DNA from: Octopus vulgaris
Taxonomy: Eukaryota
Length of the DNA stretch: 64,000 bases
Assembly: GCA_951406725.2 (NCBI GenBank)
Contig: OX597831.1
Coordinates: 25,668,001 to 25,732,000 of the forward strand
Reading direction: 5' to 3'
Part shown: positions 50,265 through 63,760 of the stretch, in pieces
Position numbering within the stretch: the stretch's first letter is position 1
How the letters are laid out: every line of letters begins with the position of its first letter
Program-made: the position numbers and the translations under genes
The notes under the pieces: model-generated
Seen by the model: only the letters and a program-made list of their open reading frames with translations
The model's database searches: none
What the model was told of the DNA's origin: nothing

Positions 50265-50990
50265 TCTTTTGCATTGTCTCTTTCTCTCTCTCTCTCTGTC
50301 TATCTCACACAAACACACTGTCTCTCTCTCTCTCTCTCTCTGTCTATCTCACTCAAGCACACTCTGACTCTCTCTCTCTCTCTCTCTCTCACTCAAACAC
50401 ACTCTGTCTTTCTCTCTCTCTCTCTCACTTAAACACACTCTGTCTTTCTCTCTCTCTCTCTGTCTAACTCACTCAATCACACTCTGTCTTTCTTTCTCTC
50501 TCTCTCTCTCCCTCTCTCTCTCCCTGTCTATCTCACTCAAACACACTCTGTCTTTCGCTCTCTCTCTCTTTCAAACTTTCAACCATTCCCTCTCTCTCTC
50601 ACATACCACTGTATCTTTTCTTTTTCTATTTCTCTGCCTTTCTCTCATACTCTCTCACTTTTTCTTTCACTTTAGCTTTGTCTCACTTTTTCGCCATCAA
50701 TTTCTCCGTCTCTTTCTTTCCCTTTCTCTCTCCCTCTCTCTCTCTCTTTCTCTCCTTTTCTCTCTTACTCGTTTTCTCTATCTGTTTCTTTCTCATTCTT
50801 CTTGTTTCTCACACACAATATATACTCTCACTCCCATAAACTCTCTCTTTCTTGCACAGACTCTCTTCATTTCTCCTTCTATCTTCTTTTCAACCAATTT
50901 CTCTCTTCTTCTTCTTCTTCTTCTTCTTCTTCTTCTTCTTCTTCTTCTTCTTCTTCTTCTTCTTCTTCTTCTTCTTCTTCTTCTTCTCTC
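50265..50990. repeat. Long polypyrimidine block: compound CT minisatellite plus (TCT)n
   Basis: The unit (CT)n-GTCTATCTCACTCAAACACACT recurs several times, and (TCT)n occupies about 50905-50987. Confidence 0.9.
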
Positions 50991-51097
50991 CCACACACAG
51001 ACAGACACTCTTCATCTTCCATGCTCTGTCAATATAACATATCATTCATTCACTGAACACCACGACAACCACCACCACTACCACTACCACCACCACC

Positions 51098-51140
<43 letters not shown>

Positions 51141-51421
51141 GTCTATAAGTAATTCTACTGCTGAACAAACTCAGCCCTTCCAACCAAGCCAATCTATTTG
51201 AATGTTACAGCATGGCTAGAGATGTGTTCAGTTAAGCTGATACTGTGAACGCTTCACTAGTTATTTTCAAAGTTTATTGCAGTTTGCAGTGTGTGTATGC
51301 ACACACATCCATCCATGCATACACACACACACACACCATATAAACACACATACGCATATACACAGATGTACACATGTTTGTGTGTCCATATATATATATA
51401 CATATATTTACATATATACTT

Positions 51422-51506
<85 letters not shown>

Positions 51507-51811
51507 CATATATATATATACATATATATACATACATATGTATATATAGGTGTTCAAGTTTTCATAAGCAAGGTAAAATGAGCTCCATTGTATATTTGGT
51601 AATAGAGCAGATATATTATTTAGATAGTGTTATAAATTTAGTCTCATATCAGCCAATTTGTGTTACCAAACAGTTTTGTATTAAAACAGAAGCTCATCCT
51701 AGAATGGAAGCATGAGTTAATGCTGTCAGACATGACTGATCAGAAAAGTAAAGCTTGGTCTATTTTGTGCTGCAGGTCTAAAGAACATTTATTTGATAAT
51801 TCGCAGAGATA

Positions 51812-51873
51812 CTCCGTCCAACCCGTGCTAGCGCGGAAAACGGACGTTAAACGACGATGATGATGATGATGAT
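51812..51873 (+). mobile_element. Group D 3' tip
   Basis: CCGTCCAACCCGTGCTAGCGCGGAAAACGGACGTTAAACGACGATGATG. Confidence 0.75.
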
Positions 51874-51918
51874 ACTGCAAAAATAAATAATAATAATAAT
51901 TACAATAATAATGATAAT

Positions 51919-52288
51919 AACAAGAGCACTCAGAGAGTGCAAACCTCTGCCAAGGCAACACCAATGTCCTCTCAATGATTAGCCTGAGATAATTTTTAAA
52001 AGGAGAATATCTGAAATAAACTTGACTGCTCTCACAAACAAGAATACTAAAAGTGAACCTAACCGCTCTCAATAATTAAGTAAAAAAAGCAGGAAAAATA
52101 ATCCAGAATCCTTGTCTGATACTGGATCAATCCCCAAATCTAATCAGTTTGTACCAGTTATGAGGCCAAACATCCCCGAAAGTTTCATCTGAATCTGCCC
52201 AGTGCTTCTTGAAACATCTTGTCCAAAGACAAACAAATAAACACGACTATAAACAATAGCTCTGCCTTTGCTGAGGCGGAGGTAACAA
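51919..52288 (+). mobile_element. Helentron/HINE-type non-autonomous rolling-circle element
   Basis: Terminal hairpin GCACTC-AGA-GAGTGC, subterminal IR ACCTCTGCC / GGCGGAGGT, and end palindrome CTCTGCCT..AGGCGGAG. Confidence 0.6.
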
Positions 52289-52291
52289 TCG

Positions 52292-52340
52292 TATATTTTA
52301 CCACAGTGTCACTTTAGTGCCATGCACTGCTCTCTCACTC

Positions 52341-52390
<50 letters not shown>
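52292..52390 (+). mobile_element. Group E 3' tip with (TAA)n tail
   Basis: CATGCACTGCTCTCTCACTCAATAATAA is the reverse complement of the group E terminus. Confidence 0.75.
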
Positions 52391-52391
<1 letters not shown>

Positions 52392-54098
52392 CAAAAACCA
52401 GTAATGAAAAATATAGAGTTAAGATTAACATTTAATAATTTTCTTCAGACACATAAATAAAGGAAAATTGTGGGTCTCTGTTAGTTGTACACCTAACATA
52501 AGATAGATTTCAATAAAAAGACTCAAATCAAATACAGAACAGGTTGCTTATGCAGAGGTAATGCATACGCCCACTAAATAGCAAAGTTAACACAGAGGTA
52601 GTATTGAAGGATCTCAGTGGGGAGATGCAAGTTCAGAAATATGTTGTTGCAATGGAAGGCCTTTTCAAAACAAGACTGAACAATCACTAATCCTCTTTTA
52701 GAATCTAGGGGAAACATAATGACATAACATCATTAAGATACATATGGTTTTTGAAAGAAAATGCCTCTGAAAATAATGTCAATTGAAGATTACTGAAAGA
52801 ATGTAAACCATATCTCAACAGCAATGGTTAGTACAGGCTTTGTTTAGCAGAGAGAAGTATTTTCCTTGAGCATTTGCTTCTCCAGAGGCCTTCCTGAACT
52901 CTAAGGGAGAGATTTTTTCTCCTTGTCCTCATGGCCGAAAACATACTTTAGTCTACTGTTCAGTTCTGTCATAGCAGTAAAGGCTTTTGAGGTACTCCCA
53001 TATTTTATTACATACTACATAGCTATTCATTTTTCTTTCTCTCCTTCCCCTGGCTCTCCCCTCCAATTTCTATCCCTACTTTTGCCACCTCATTCACCCA
53101 TAAAAGTTATTATTCTCCCCTCAGTGCACATACACACACAGATATACATGCCCATACAAGCTAGTTTTAAAATCCCCTCCTTTTCACCCTTATTTTCCAT
53201 CTCGCCCTTTCCCCTTCCCTCATCACTCTTTTCATCTCACCTTTTCGTCCTTTGCCTTCCACACTCATACACAAATTGATGGAATAAAGTTGCCAGCAGA
53301 AGACAGCCTTTGAGACAAAGAATGAAGAAGACTAGTCTAAGTGGGTATAATCCTAATATGGCAAAAGATCAGCTTTGCTTTTTGACTTTGTTTCACATTC
53401 CTGATTGTCATTCCAGTTCTTTTATTTGATCATTCTTGCAATGTTTCTATGAATTGTCAACTGAATATAGTGTTGATCTTTTACTCTTTCAGTACAAAAG
53501 AACCTAAGTAAAATATTTTTCCTATCAGCCTTGTTAAACAAGTAGAAAATAAATTCTTCCACCCTTGGGAAAAATTTTCCTAATAAGAAAGTATTCTGTT
53601 ACACAAATTGGCTTTGTCTAACTAAATTTGCAACTCTGCACACATGTGTATATAATTTATTCATTTGCTTCTTTCAGTCTTTGGACTACAGCCATGCTCA
53701 GGTACCACTTTAAAGAGATTAATGAATTAAACCAACCTTGCTACTATTTTAAGTTTAGTATTCATTCTGCTGACCACTCATTGCTGCTAAGTCACAAAGA
53801 TGTTAAGAATTTAACTTTCTTACCATTTGCCCTTGGGTTCAATTCAGCCTTACAGAATATATATCACAGCCTCAAGTGAACCAAAACTTTGTGTGTGAAA
53901 TTTGGTAGAAGAAAGCTGTATGGTTTCCAGTCATAGCTCCAACCCCCAAGTACATATCTATGTTTTATAGTATTTAATTCATTGAGCTCGGTTCATTTCC
54001 ACATTGGCCGAATCTTCAGACTGTCAAAAATATGTGCATTGTGATATTTGCTCAAATATTTTACATTCTTAGTAGAAATCTTTGCTGTTCATCTCTTC

Positions 54099-54100
<2 letters not shown>

Positions 54101-54131
<31 letters not shown>

Positions 54132-54280
54132 GTTTAACGTCCGCTTTTCATGCTAGCATGGGTTGGACGATTTGACTGAGGTCTGGCGAACCAGATGGCT
54201 GCACCAGACTCCAATCTGATCTGGCAGAGTTTCTACAGCTGGATGCCCTTCCTAATGCCAACCACTCCAAGAGTGTAGTT
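54101..54280 (-). mobile_element. Group D retroposon
   Basis: (CAT)n followed by GTTTAACGTCCGC..GGATGCCCTTCCTAATGCCAACC. Confidence 0.8.
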
Positions 54281-54512
54281 CAGAAATCAATAAATTGAAG
54301 TACAATTAAAGTAGTGAGATCAATGGTATCAACTAACTCTCAAAATTAGAACCCCTCCCCTCAAAACTGGAAACAACATTTTGTGTGTGTGGGGGGGTTC
54401 TTAAGGAAATCACTTCACTTCCCCATTGCTTCAGGTTTGATTGCACCTTAGGTATGCGTCTCCTATTCTATCCTCAACTTCAGTTGTACCTTGTGAGTAA
54501 AATTTGACTGAC

Positions 54513-54918
54513 AGGCGTGGGAGTAGATGTGTGGTAAGTAGCTTGCTTACGAACCACATGGTTCCAAGTTCAGTCCCACTGTGTGGCACCTTGGGCAAGT
54601 GTCTTCTACTATAGGCTCAGGCTGACCAAAGCCTTGTGAGTGGATTTGGCAGAGAGAAACTGAAAGAAGCCCGTCGTATATATGTATATATGTGTGTGTG
54701 TGTATACATTTGTATGTCTGTGTTTGTCCCCCCAACATTGCTTGACAACCTATACTGGTATGTTTACGTCCCTGTAGCTTAGCAGTTTGGCAAAAGAGAC
54801 TGATAGAATAAGTACTAGGTTTACAAAGAATAAGTCCTGGGGTCGATTTGCTCGACTAAAGGCGGTGTTCCAGCATGGCCACAGTCAAATGACTGAAACA
54901 AGTAAAAGAGTAAAAGAG
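54513..54918 (+). mobile_element. Group B SINE
   Basis: Full-length copy. Confidence 0.88.
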
Positions 54919-55369
54919 ACAAAAAACTGCATAGAAGCCTGTAATGTATATATATGTGTGCTTGGAGGATGGGCTCCAGGTATGTATGTGAGTCTGAGAG
55001 TCTTTCCATTGACTCCACTTGGACAATGGTGGTCGTTTATGACTTACATAAACAATACGCTGACCAACATGATTGTTTGTCATATAAAGATATGGAATAA
55101 CATAATTTACTTGAAAATAAAAGGGGTCGGTGTCATGAAAAGTGTCTGGCCATTAGAGCATTTCCTGTAGTCTTGCCCAACCTCTTCCAAGATGGGAAAA
55201 GCAGGCATATAAATTATGATAATGAGGAGGAGAAGAAAGAGGAGGGGAGGATGCTGCCACCACTAGTGACAAATAAACATGTATTGTGAAATTTTAAAAA
55301 GTCAGTGCAACAGACAAAACTACCCTGTAGTATTCAATTCAACCTTTATGAAGTTAATAAAATAAATAC

Positions 55370-55603
55370 CTATTTCTTTACTACCCACAAGGGGCTAAAC
55401 ACAGAGAAGACAAACAAGGACAGACAAACGGATTAAGTCGATTATATCGACCCCAGTGCGTATCTGGTACTTATTTAATCGACCCCGAAAGGATGAAAGG
55501 CAAAGTGAACCTCAGCGGAATTTGAACTCAGAACATAATGGCAGATGAAATACGGCCATGCATTTCGCCCGGCATGCTAACATTTCTGCCAGCTCGCCGC
55601 CTT
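55370..55603 (-). mobile_element. Group A SINE with TSD
   Basis: ATAAAATAAATACC on both flanks. Confidence 0.88.
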
Positions 55604-56459
55604 ATTATAAAATAAATACCAGACACAGTACTGGTGTTGACATAAGCTAAAAGGTTTGAAAGTAGTGCCCCAGTATGGCCACCATCCAGTGATAAAAACT
55701 ATTAAAAGTGTGATAGAATAATAGATGGTCATAAGCCAGCCTTCACAAAAAAAAAGAAAAAAAAACTTGGCTTTATGCTTGGCCAAGTCAAAATAAATTA
55801 TTAAAAAAGATATTATTGTATATATTGTAAAGAACTGTCAAGGTCTACTGAAGATGTTCTTTCTTAGCAAAAAATATTTCTTTGTTTTTTTTTTTCCTGC
55901 CCCCCCTCTCCTCCACCCACTACTACAATTTCAGGAAGCTAAAGAATACATTACAAATTAATTCACTCTGTGTAAACTGAGAAGCCTTTTGAAGATCAAT
56001 CAAAGAATATTTATGTCTATAAGATTATAAGCTTTTGGGACAATTAACCCTACCGCATTTTTTTTAATATTTACATTTACATTATGTTTCAATCAGTTTG
56101 ATTGATCTCTGATTAGCATAAATACCAAACTAGATTTGAACCAGGGAGTTTTATTTCTAAATACTCAGAGTAATAAAATTTTTAGCTACCAAGGCCACCA
56201 ATACATGTTATTTTAGAAATAAAAGTTTCTAGTTCATATCTTCTGTTCTTCTTAAACTATAAAACACAAACACTGTGAGTGAGAGGGGTTCCTAATTTTA
56301 ACCAAACAACGTTTTATGTTACATTGGTGGAGACTTTAGAACATTCGACAAAATGCTTTGTGGTATTTGTTCCTGCACTTTATGCTATGTGTTCAAATCC
56401 TGCTAAAGTTAGTGTTGTATTGCATTCTTCCAGGGCTGATAAAATAAGATATCAGTCAG

Positions 56460-56650
56460 TTACTCTTTTACTTGTTTCAGTCATGTGATTGTGGCCATGC
56501 AGGAGCACAGCCTTTAGTCATGCAAATCGACCCCAGGACTTATTCTTTGTAAGCCTAGTACTTATTCTGTCGGTCTCTTTTGCCGAACCGCTAAGTTACG
56601 GGGACGTAAACACAACAGCATCAGTTGTCAAGCGATGTTGGAGGGGACAA
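56460..56650 (-). mobile_element. Group B SINE 3' half within a degenerate group A cluster (56300-57135)
   Basis: Matches the B tail. The flanks carry decayed A cores. Confidence 0.75.
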
Positions 56651-57167
56651 TGTTGATGAGGTTTATTAAATCAACTAAGTGGTCCTGCCACCAAATTATT
56701 GGTTTTGTGTCTCTGTAAGAAACCATTGGAAATGGATAAGTAGAACCATTAAATATTCAGGCAAAATGCTTTTCAACATTTTGTTTGATGCTCTAATGGT
56801 TCTGAAAATTCCACCGAGGTCAAATTTGCTTTTCATTCCTTGGGGTGGATTGTGGTTGATAAAATAAAGTACCAGTTAGACACTAGGGTTTATGGTATTG
56901 ACTAAGCTTTCCTCTCTTCAAAGTTACTGAGCTTGTGCCTAAATTAGAAACAACAGTGAGATGGCAGAACCATAACAATGTCAGGGCAAAATGTGTTCCA
57001 GTACTTTTTGTGGTTCTTTACATTCTCAGTTTAATCCTACCATTGTCACTTTTTTGGCTCTCATCTTTCCAAGGTTGATGAGATACAATACCAGTCAAGT
57101 ACCAGGGTTGATACAATCAAGTGATATGGCCCCCACATTATTATTATTATTATTATCATCATCATCA

Positions 57168-57198
<31 letters not shown>

Positions 57199-57221
57199 CA
57201 TCATCATCATCATCATCATCA

Positions 57222-57267
<46 letters not shown>

Positions 57268-57283
57268 CATATTATCATTATTA

Positions 57284-57341
<58 letters not shown>

Positions 57342-58142
57342 GAGGCGTTGAGCTTCACATAACTGTTAGCATGCCAGACAGAATACTAAGCATTTTAGAT
57401 TCTCTTATTTAACATTAGAATCTCTAAGTTGGGTTCTAATAACACTTAAAATAGAGTCCCTTTTTGTTTCAATGATTAAGACCTTGCAAGTGGGGAAATC
57501 AAATGTTCAAATTAACTCACAAGACCATTCCATTTAATTGCTATCATTTTAAATTGTTCCTTTGTTTTCAATACCTTTATTTTCTAATTCTGCAGTTCTT
57601 TATATATTTATTTACCGTTTTTAATTCCATGACATGTTCTGAAAGGACGGTTATGTTCATAGCCGTTGCAGTCCTTCCATAACCTGTGAGATCAATAAAA
57701 TCGATATTCTTTTTGAATAACCAGGTGTGGATGGCTATAGGAAGAATTCGGTGACGAAGGAACTCCAGATTACTGGCTCTAAGGGAAAGAAAGACTGGAC
57801 AGAATAGTTAGTCTGGTGCTTGGTGGAGAGGTGGACACTATAGTAAAGAAATGAAATACAACTGATCAAACCCTGATATATGCATGCACATGTGCGCACG
57901 CACGCATGCACACACACTCATACACAAAAGTACCAAAGAGACAGGTGTCGGTCAGAGTCAGCAACACTTGTATTATTTAGTAAAATCAATAAAAAGGAGA
58001 ATAGGGGACTTGTGTAGAGTGGAAAAATTCAACATTTCAGAGAGAGATCTTTTAGGGGGAAAAGTTGACAGTAGAGAACTAAAAGAGACAGCAGCAGTTT
58101 ACATCCCTTATAAAAGATGTAGTTGATTTACATATCTATATA

Positions 58143-58910
58143 GTCACAGGTGTGGCTGTATGGTAAGAAGACAAACAAGGACAGACAAAGGGATTAAGTC
58201 GATTACATCGACCCCAGTGCATAACCGGTACTTAATTTATCGACCCCGAAAGGATGAAAGGCAAAGTCGACCTCAGCGGAATTTGAACTCAGAACATAAC
58301 GGCAGATGAAATACGGTGAAATGCTTAGCAGTATTTCGTCTACTGTTACGTTCTGAGTTCAAATTCCGCTGAGGTCGACTTTGCCTTTCATCCTTTTGGG
58401 GTCGATAAATTAAGTACCAGTTATGCACTGGGATCGATGTAATCGACTTAATCCCTTTGTCTGTCCTTGTTTGTTCTCTCTGTGTTTGGCCCCTTATGGG
58501 TAATGAAGAATTAAGAAGCTTGCTTCCCAACCACATGGTTCCGGGTTCAGTCCCACTGCATGACACTTTGGGCAAGTGTCTTTTATTATAGCCCCAGGCC
58601 AACCAAAGTCATGGGAGTAAATTTGGTAGATAGAAGTTGAAAGAAGCCTGTCATATATAATATATGTGTGTGTGTGTCTTTGTGCCTTAGTTTGTATCCT
58701 GCCACCACCACTCAACAACCAGTGCTGGTGTGTTTGCATCCCCGTAACTTTGCAGCTTGGCAAAAAAAAAAAAAAAAACGATAGAATAAGTAACAGACTT
58801 CAAAGACAAAAGGAATGGACTGGAATCGACTCATTTAACTAAAAATTCTTCAAGGCAGGGCCCTAGCATGGCCACAGTCTAATGACTAAAGCAAGTAGAA
58901 GTTAAAAGAT
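58143..58910 (+). mobile_element. Group B SINE interrupted by a head-to-head inverted group A pair (58170-58510)
   Basis: The B head breaks after GGTAAGAAG and resumes as TAAGAAGCTTGCTTCCC. Confidence 0.85.
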
Positions 58911-58935
58911 GTGCTTGTACATGTGTGTATGTGCT

Positions 58936-59003
<68 letters not shown>

Positions 59004-59019
59004 TGTGTGTGTGTGTGTG

Positions 59020-59260
59020 TAGGCACATGGTTAAGTGGTTAGGATTTCATGCCCAGGGATCATCAAGATTGTGATTTTGGTTTCTGGACTAAGTGATACA
59101 TTGTATAATTGAGTAAAATTTTCCATTTCACATTATTCCAGTTCACTTATCTTGCAAAGATGGATAATTCTGTGACAGACTGGTGTCCCATCCAAGGGCA
59201 GAATATGTATGTTACAGAATCTGGGAAACTAGCCTCATGAGCTTATGGTTAGGGTAGCTC
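59020..59260 (+). mobile_element. Group C SINE (tail 3), degenerate
   Basis: GGCACATGGTTAAGTGGTTAGG..GACAGACTGGTGTCCCATCC. Confidence 0.55.
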
Positions 59261-59347
59261 TTTGATCCTTGTTTTTTTTTTTTTGTACATGTATAAGTGT
59301 ATACATATACATGTATCTGTCTATATATCTCTCTAAATACCTATACA

Positions 59348-60236
59348 TTCAAGGGTGTACCCAAAAAGAAACTAGAATTTTGCAATATCATTTTATTCAG
59401 TTAGTTTTACGTGTTTACACTTTTATCACCTTCAAAGTATTCTCCATTTGAAGCAATACATCAGTCCAAATGTGTTTTCCACTGTTCGAAACAGTCCTGG
59501 TACTCCTGTAAAGTGATGCCTTTTAATGCCTCCATTGTTTATTTTCTTTCATCGCCTCTTCCACATTTGCAAATTCCATAGCACAAGCTTTTGTCACCAG
59601 TGATGATCTTCAAAAACGGATCCAGATCAACTTCCAACTGTTCTTCCTGTTCACCACACACATTCAGTCATGACTGCTTTTGATCTTCTGTGAGCAAGCT
59701 AGGCACAAATTTTGCTGCAGCTCCTTTCATTTCCAATTCCTCACTCAAAACTCATTAGCAGAAGCTTCAGAACACAGCAGCCATATCAACAAGTTCTTCA
59801 ATTATTTGGTGGTGGTCCTCCAAGATCAGTTCATGAATTTTTATGATGTTTTCATTCGTCTGGGAGGTTGACAGTCACCCTGAATAAGGTTGTTCTTCAA
59901 GTGACAAGAGACCATTCCTAAAGTGTGAAAACCATTCATAAACTTGTGTTTTGCTCTTGGCAGTGTCCTTGTAAGCTATTTGTGGCATTACAACTGTTTT
60001 GGTCACTGTTTTCCCCACTAGAAAACAGAATTTAATGGAAGCATACTGTTCCTTCATTTCAACCATCGCAAAATTGACGAACAGGGGAGAAGCACTGCAG
60101 GAAATGATGCACCACGTTGCAGTAGGCATACTGATGCCTGAGGGTTGCATCAAGTGGCTTCTACTGGCAGAAGCCTGATCTACTACAGGTTTGTCCCACA
60201 GAGAATGCTGCTGATTAATGTTCAGTACCCCCTTAT
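59348..60236 (-). mobile_element. Internally deleted mariner transposon
   Basis: Loose TIRs (AAGGGTGTAC / GTACCCCCTT) enclose both ends of a decayed transposase. Confidence 0.8.
59423..60067 (-). pseudogene. mariner transposase pseudogene
   Basis: N-terminus MVEMKEQYASIKFCFLVGKT..SKTQVYEWFSHFRNG..EEQPYSG..AAKFVP and C-terminus CFEQWKTHLD*CIASNGEYFEGDK. It has stop codons and lacks most of the catalytic domain. Confidence 0.88.
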
Positions 60237-60540
60237 ATATAAATATATATATGCACATGTGTATGTGTGTATGCATGTATTTTTGTATGTATGTATGTAT
60301 GTATGTATGTATCTGTGTATGTATGTAAGTGCGTGAGTTTTCATACACATGTATATGCATGTATATATAAAGACAGGGGGAGAATGGGGGTGGGATTAGA
60401 CAGACAAACAGACAGAGAAATATATTATTTCAACCAGTAATAGAATGCTAAAGAAAGTTATATTTCTCTCTCTATATATAAAAAGGAAATAATGAAATTC
60501 CAGTCATCAAAATAATGTCTGGCTAGGTTACTTTGAGGAA

Positions 60541-60594
<54 letters not shown>

Positions 60595-60676
60595 CATATA
60601 TATATACATATGCATATATATCTATGTATATATATACACACATATATATATGTATATATATATACATATATATAAC

Positions 60677-60720
<44 letters not shown>

Positions 60721-60754
60721 AATATGCATATATATCTATGTATATATACATATA

Positions 60755-60785
<31 letters not shown>

Positions 60786-60870
60786 TAACATACAATATAT
60801 ATATCTATATATACACTCATACATATATATATACATACATATATATACACACACAAACACACACACACAT

Positions 60871-60916
<46 letters not shown>

Positions 60917-61155
60917 GTGCACACACACACACATACATGTCCAAAGGATCTTTGCTTTTGTTTTTTTTTTACTTCATAACTACAGCATCAACACTTCATT
61001 CTATTTCAAGACACTCTTACATAATTGCATTGACGTGTCACGTTTGATCTATAATAAAAAAAATATTGTTTGTTAAACAATCTCTATTTACAGTATCTTT
61101 ATAACCTTTACTTTCTATATTAGTTCTAGTACTGTGAGTGTGTATGACACTTTAT

Positions 61156-61206
<51 letters not shown>

Positions 61207-61237
61207 TATATTTATGTATGTATATATGTATGTATAC

Positions 61238-61285
<48 letters not shown>

Positions 61286-61304
61286 GTATGTATATATGTA
61301 TGTA

Positions 61305-61362
<58 letters not shown>

Positions 61363-62053
61363 TATACATATATATATATATGTCACTGAAAGCCGGTGAT
61401 TCATTCAATGACTGCTTAGAGATTCTTGTCACATATGATCTGTCAGGCTACAAAAAAAAAACAATGAGTAATATAACTATGTTTGGGTTTCACAAAATAA
61501 AAGCATGCAGCATCTAATTGTTCCATTATTGTTGGTAGGTAGACTGGCAAGCTATTGATAGGAGATGGGGACAAAATTCTTGTAGAAATAATTATCAGTC
61601 TGTCTCTCACCTAGATGGAAGAGAGAAAAACAAAATTACTATGAGTGAGCTGGTGACAACTGTGATTTCATTAGCGTACTGTGTAGACAGGAATCATTGC
61701 TGTTTAGAGATCTTTAGCTAATGGTCTGTGTGTTTAATTGTGAGAATGATTAAGCAGTAATTTGCTGTTGAAATGTTTTCAAGGGAAATTGCTCATATGC
61801 CTGCACACGGAAGCTTGAATTTCCCGTTTAATGTATTGAAGCATTGAGATATGATATTTTCTTTAGAAACATAGGTTGCACCTTTTTGATCTGATTCAAT
61901 ATGGTGGTTGCATTTTTTTGATGGAGCTTCAGCTTACAGGAACCATATCAGTTCTGTTGTTGTTCTTCATTTTTCCAGACATATTCAAACATAGAGGCGG
62001 AGAAGATGCTATCTCTACTTTTAAAGGTGTGTGTCATGTTTATCTGGTTTTAA

Positions 62054-62273
62054 CCCCTATGTTACCAACCCGGCTGAAACAGGCTCTGGCCCTGAGTACA
62101 AATGCCTTGTCTTCATAAGTTTTGAATTAAAATCTTCCACCAAACCTTAGTCACAATTTATGTTCCTAACACTAGCTGAATGATGACTAAGTTATTTTAC
62201 TAAATTCTTTGTTATATTTAAAGTAATTAAAATAAACACAGAACATCTCAAAATAATTATAGTAACAAAAGGG
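62054..62273 (-). mobile_element. piggyBac-type MITE (same family as 8692-8911)
   Basis: TTAA|CCCC ... GTAACAAAAGGG|TTAA. The body is the reverse complement of 8692-8911. Confidence 0.8.
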
Positions 62274-62539
62274 TTAAATGTATTATCTTTAAGGCCAATA
62301 AACCATCTGCAGTTTTTCTGTTTGTATTATGCACAAGTTCCTTTGAAAGCCTAAGAAATAAACTCTACTAAATGGATAGAACAAATTTTCTCGTGTTTGT
62401 CTACCAACATTATGCAGAGGATTCTGTGCATCTGTCATTAGTACAGAACAGTGTTGACAGAAGGAAATAGAGTTCATGAAGATATTTTGAGGTCGCAAAT
62501 TCTAACCATTAAAGGGAAAGAAATGATGAACACTCTGCA

Positions 62540-62930
62540 GAACACATGGACGGAACTGGCATGGATACAAAACAGCTAAATATCCAGCTAGTAAAACAAA
62601 GGTAGGTGAAATATTGTAATGAGATAATTAAGCAGATTAAGGAGGAAGCTTGTGAGACTGATGCATTTAGAAAGCTGATTTGCATGAGTTGCCTGGATGA
62701 CAGCTACACAAAAGATGTTCTCTTTGTGAAGTATGTTATGAAGAACTCTGACAGTATGTTTCTTTTTGGCATAACCAAGTGTTTAGTATCCTTATTGATG
62801 CACCAAAACAGTGATGTCGTAGCATCATTAGAAGATGTATAAACACCAAGTTGTACTTTGTTTTCCATAAGGAAGGTGAGAAAGAACAATGTAGGAATGA
62901 AACATAGGAAGGCCATGATACAAATTTCTG
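62540..62930 (+). pseudogene. Possible highly decayed RTE-type LINE ORF remnant
   Basis: EACETDAFRKLICMSCLDDSYTKDVL..KYVMK loosely resembles the post-RT EAFEMWCxRRxLRISWxDxxTNEEVL..GHVMR motif. Confidence 0.4.
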
Positions 62931-63344
62931 AGTGGTACTAAGAACAGGAATTTGCCAAAGGATTGTGAGGACTTTAATATAAAGACCATAGTGCCACCAT
63001 AATCCTTTGGTTTGTAGGAGCATTATTGAACCTATAATTTTATAAACTGTATCATGGTCCAGTTAACTTAGTAGAGCCTCTACCTCACTAATCTATATCC
63101 CTATACCCAGCAGGTTTAACTTTGTTGGATAATTTATTTTGCCTCTGCTTAGATGTTTTCCAGTCCAATTCTTGTTTTGTTGCATTTTGGCAAATTTCTT
63201 TTCAAATGGAATACATGGAGGAATGGAACAGATATCTTTTTTATATCAAGACCATTCTTAAAACTATCAGCAGGACAAGTAAAGTGAAATGGTAATGGAT
63301 GGCAATCAAAATGAAGCATCACTTTTATATTGCTGCTGCAGTTT

Positions 63345-63760
63345 TCTTTTACACTTTTACTTGTTTCAGTCATGTGACTGTGGTCATGGTGGAGCACCAC
63401 ATATAGTCGAGCAAATCAACCCCAGGACTTATTCTTTGTAAGCCTAGTACTTATTCTATCGGTCTCTTTTGCCAAACTGCTAAATTACAGGGATGTAAAC
63501 ACACCAGCATCGGTTGTCAAGCGATGTTGAGGGGACAAACACAGACACACAAACATACACACACACATACACACACACACACACACATGTATACACATAT
63601 ATACGATGGGCTTCTTTCAGTTTCTGTTTACCAAATCCACTCACAAGGCTTTGGTCGGCCCGAGGCTATAGTAGAAGACACTTGCCCAAGGTGCCACGCA
63701 GTGGGACTGAACCCAGAACCATGTGGTTCATAAGCAAGTTACTTACCACACAGCCACTCT
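63345..63760 (-). mobile_element. Group B SINE
   Basis: Full-length copy. Confidence 0.88.

Noticed and set aside
57630-57815. Small hairpins (ACGGTTATG/CATAGCCGT and TTCG-GTGA-CGAA) as a ribozyme or SRP fragment
   Set aside because: No catalytic-core or SRP consensus could be fitted, and the stems are short enough to occur by chance.
62606-62842. 78-aa ORF as a host exon
   Set aside because: It is better explained as a decayed LINE remnant, and there is no clear acceptor/donor pair.
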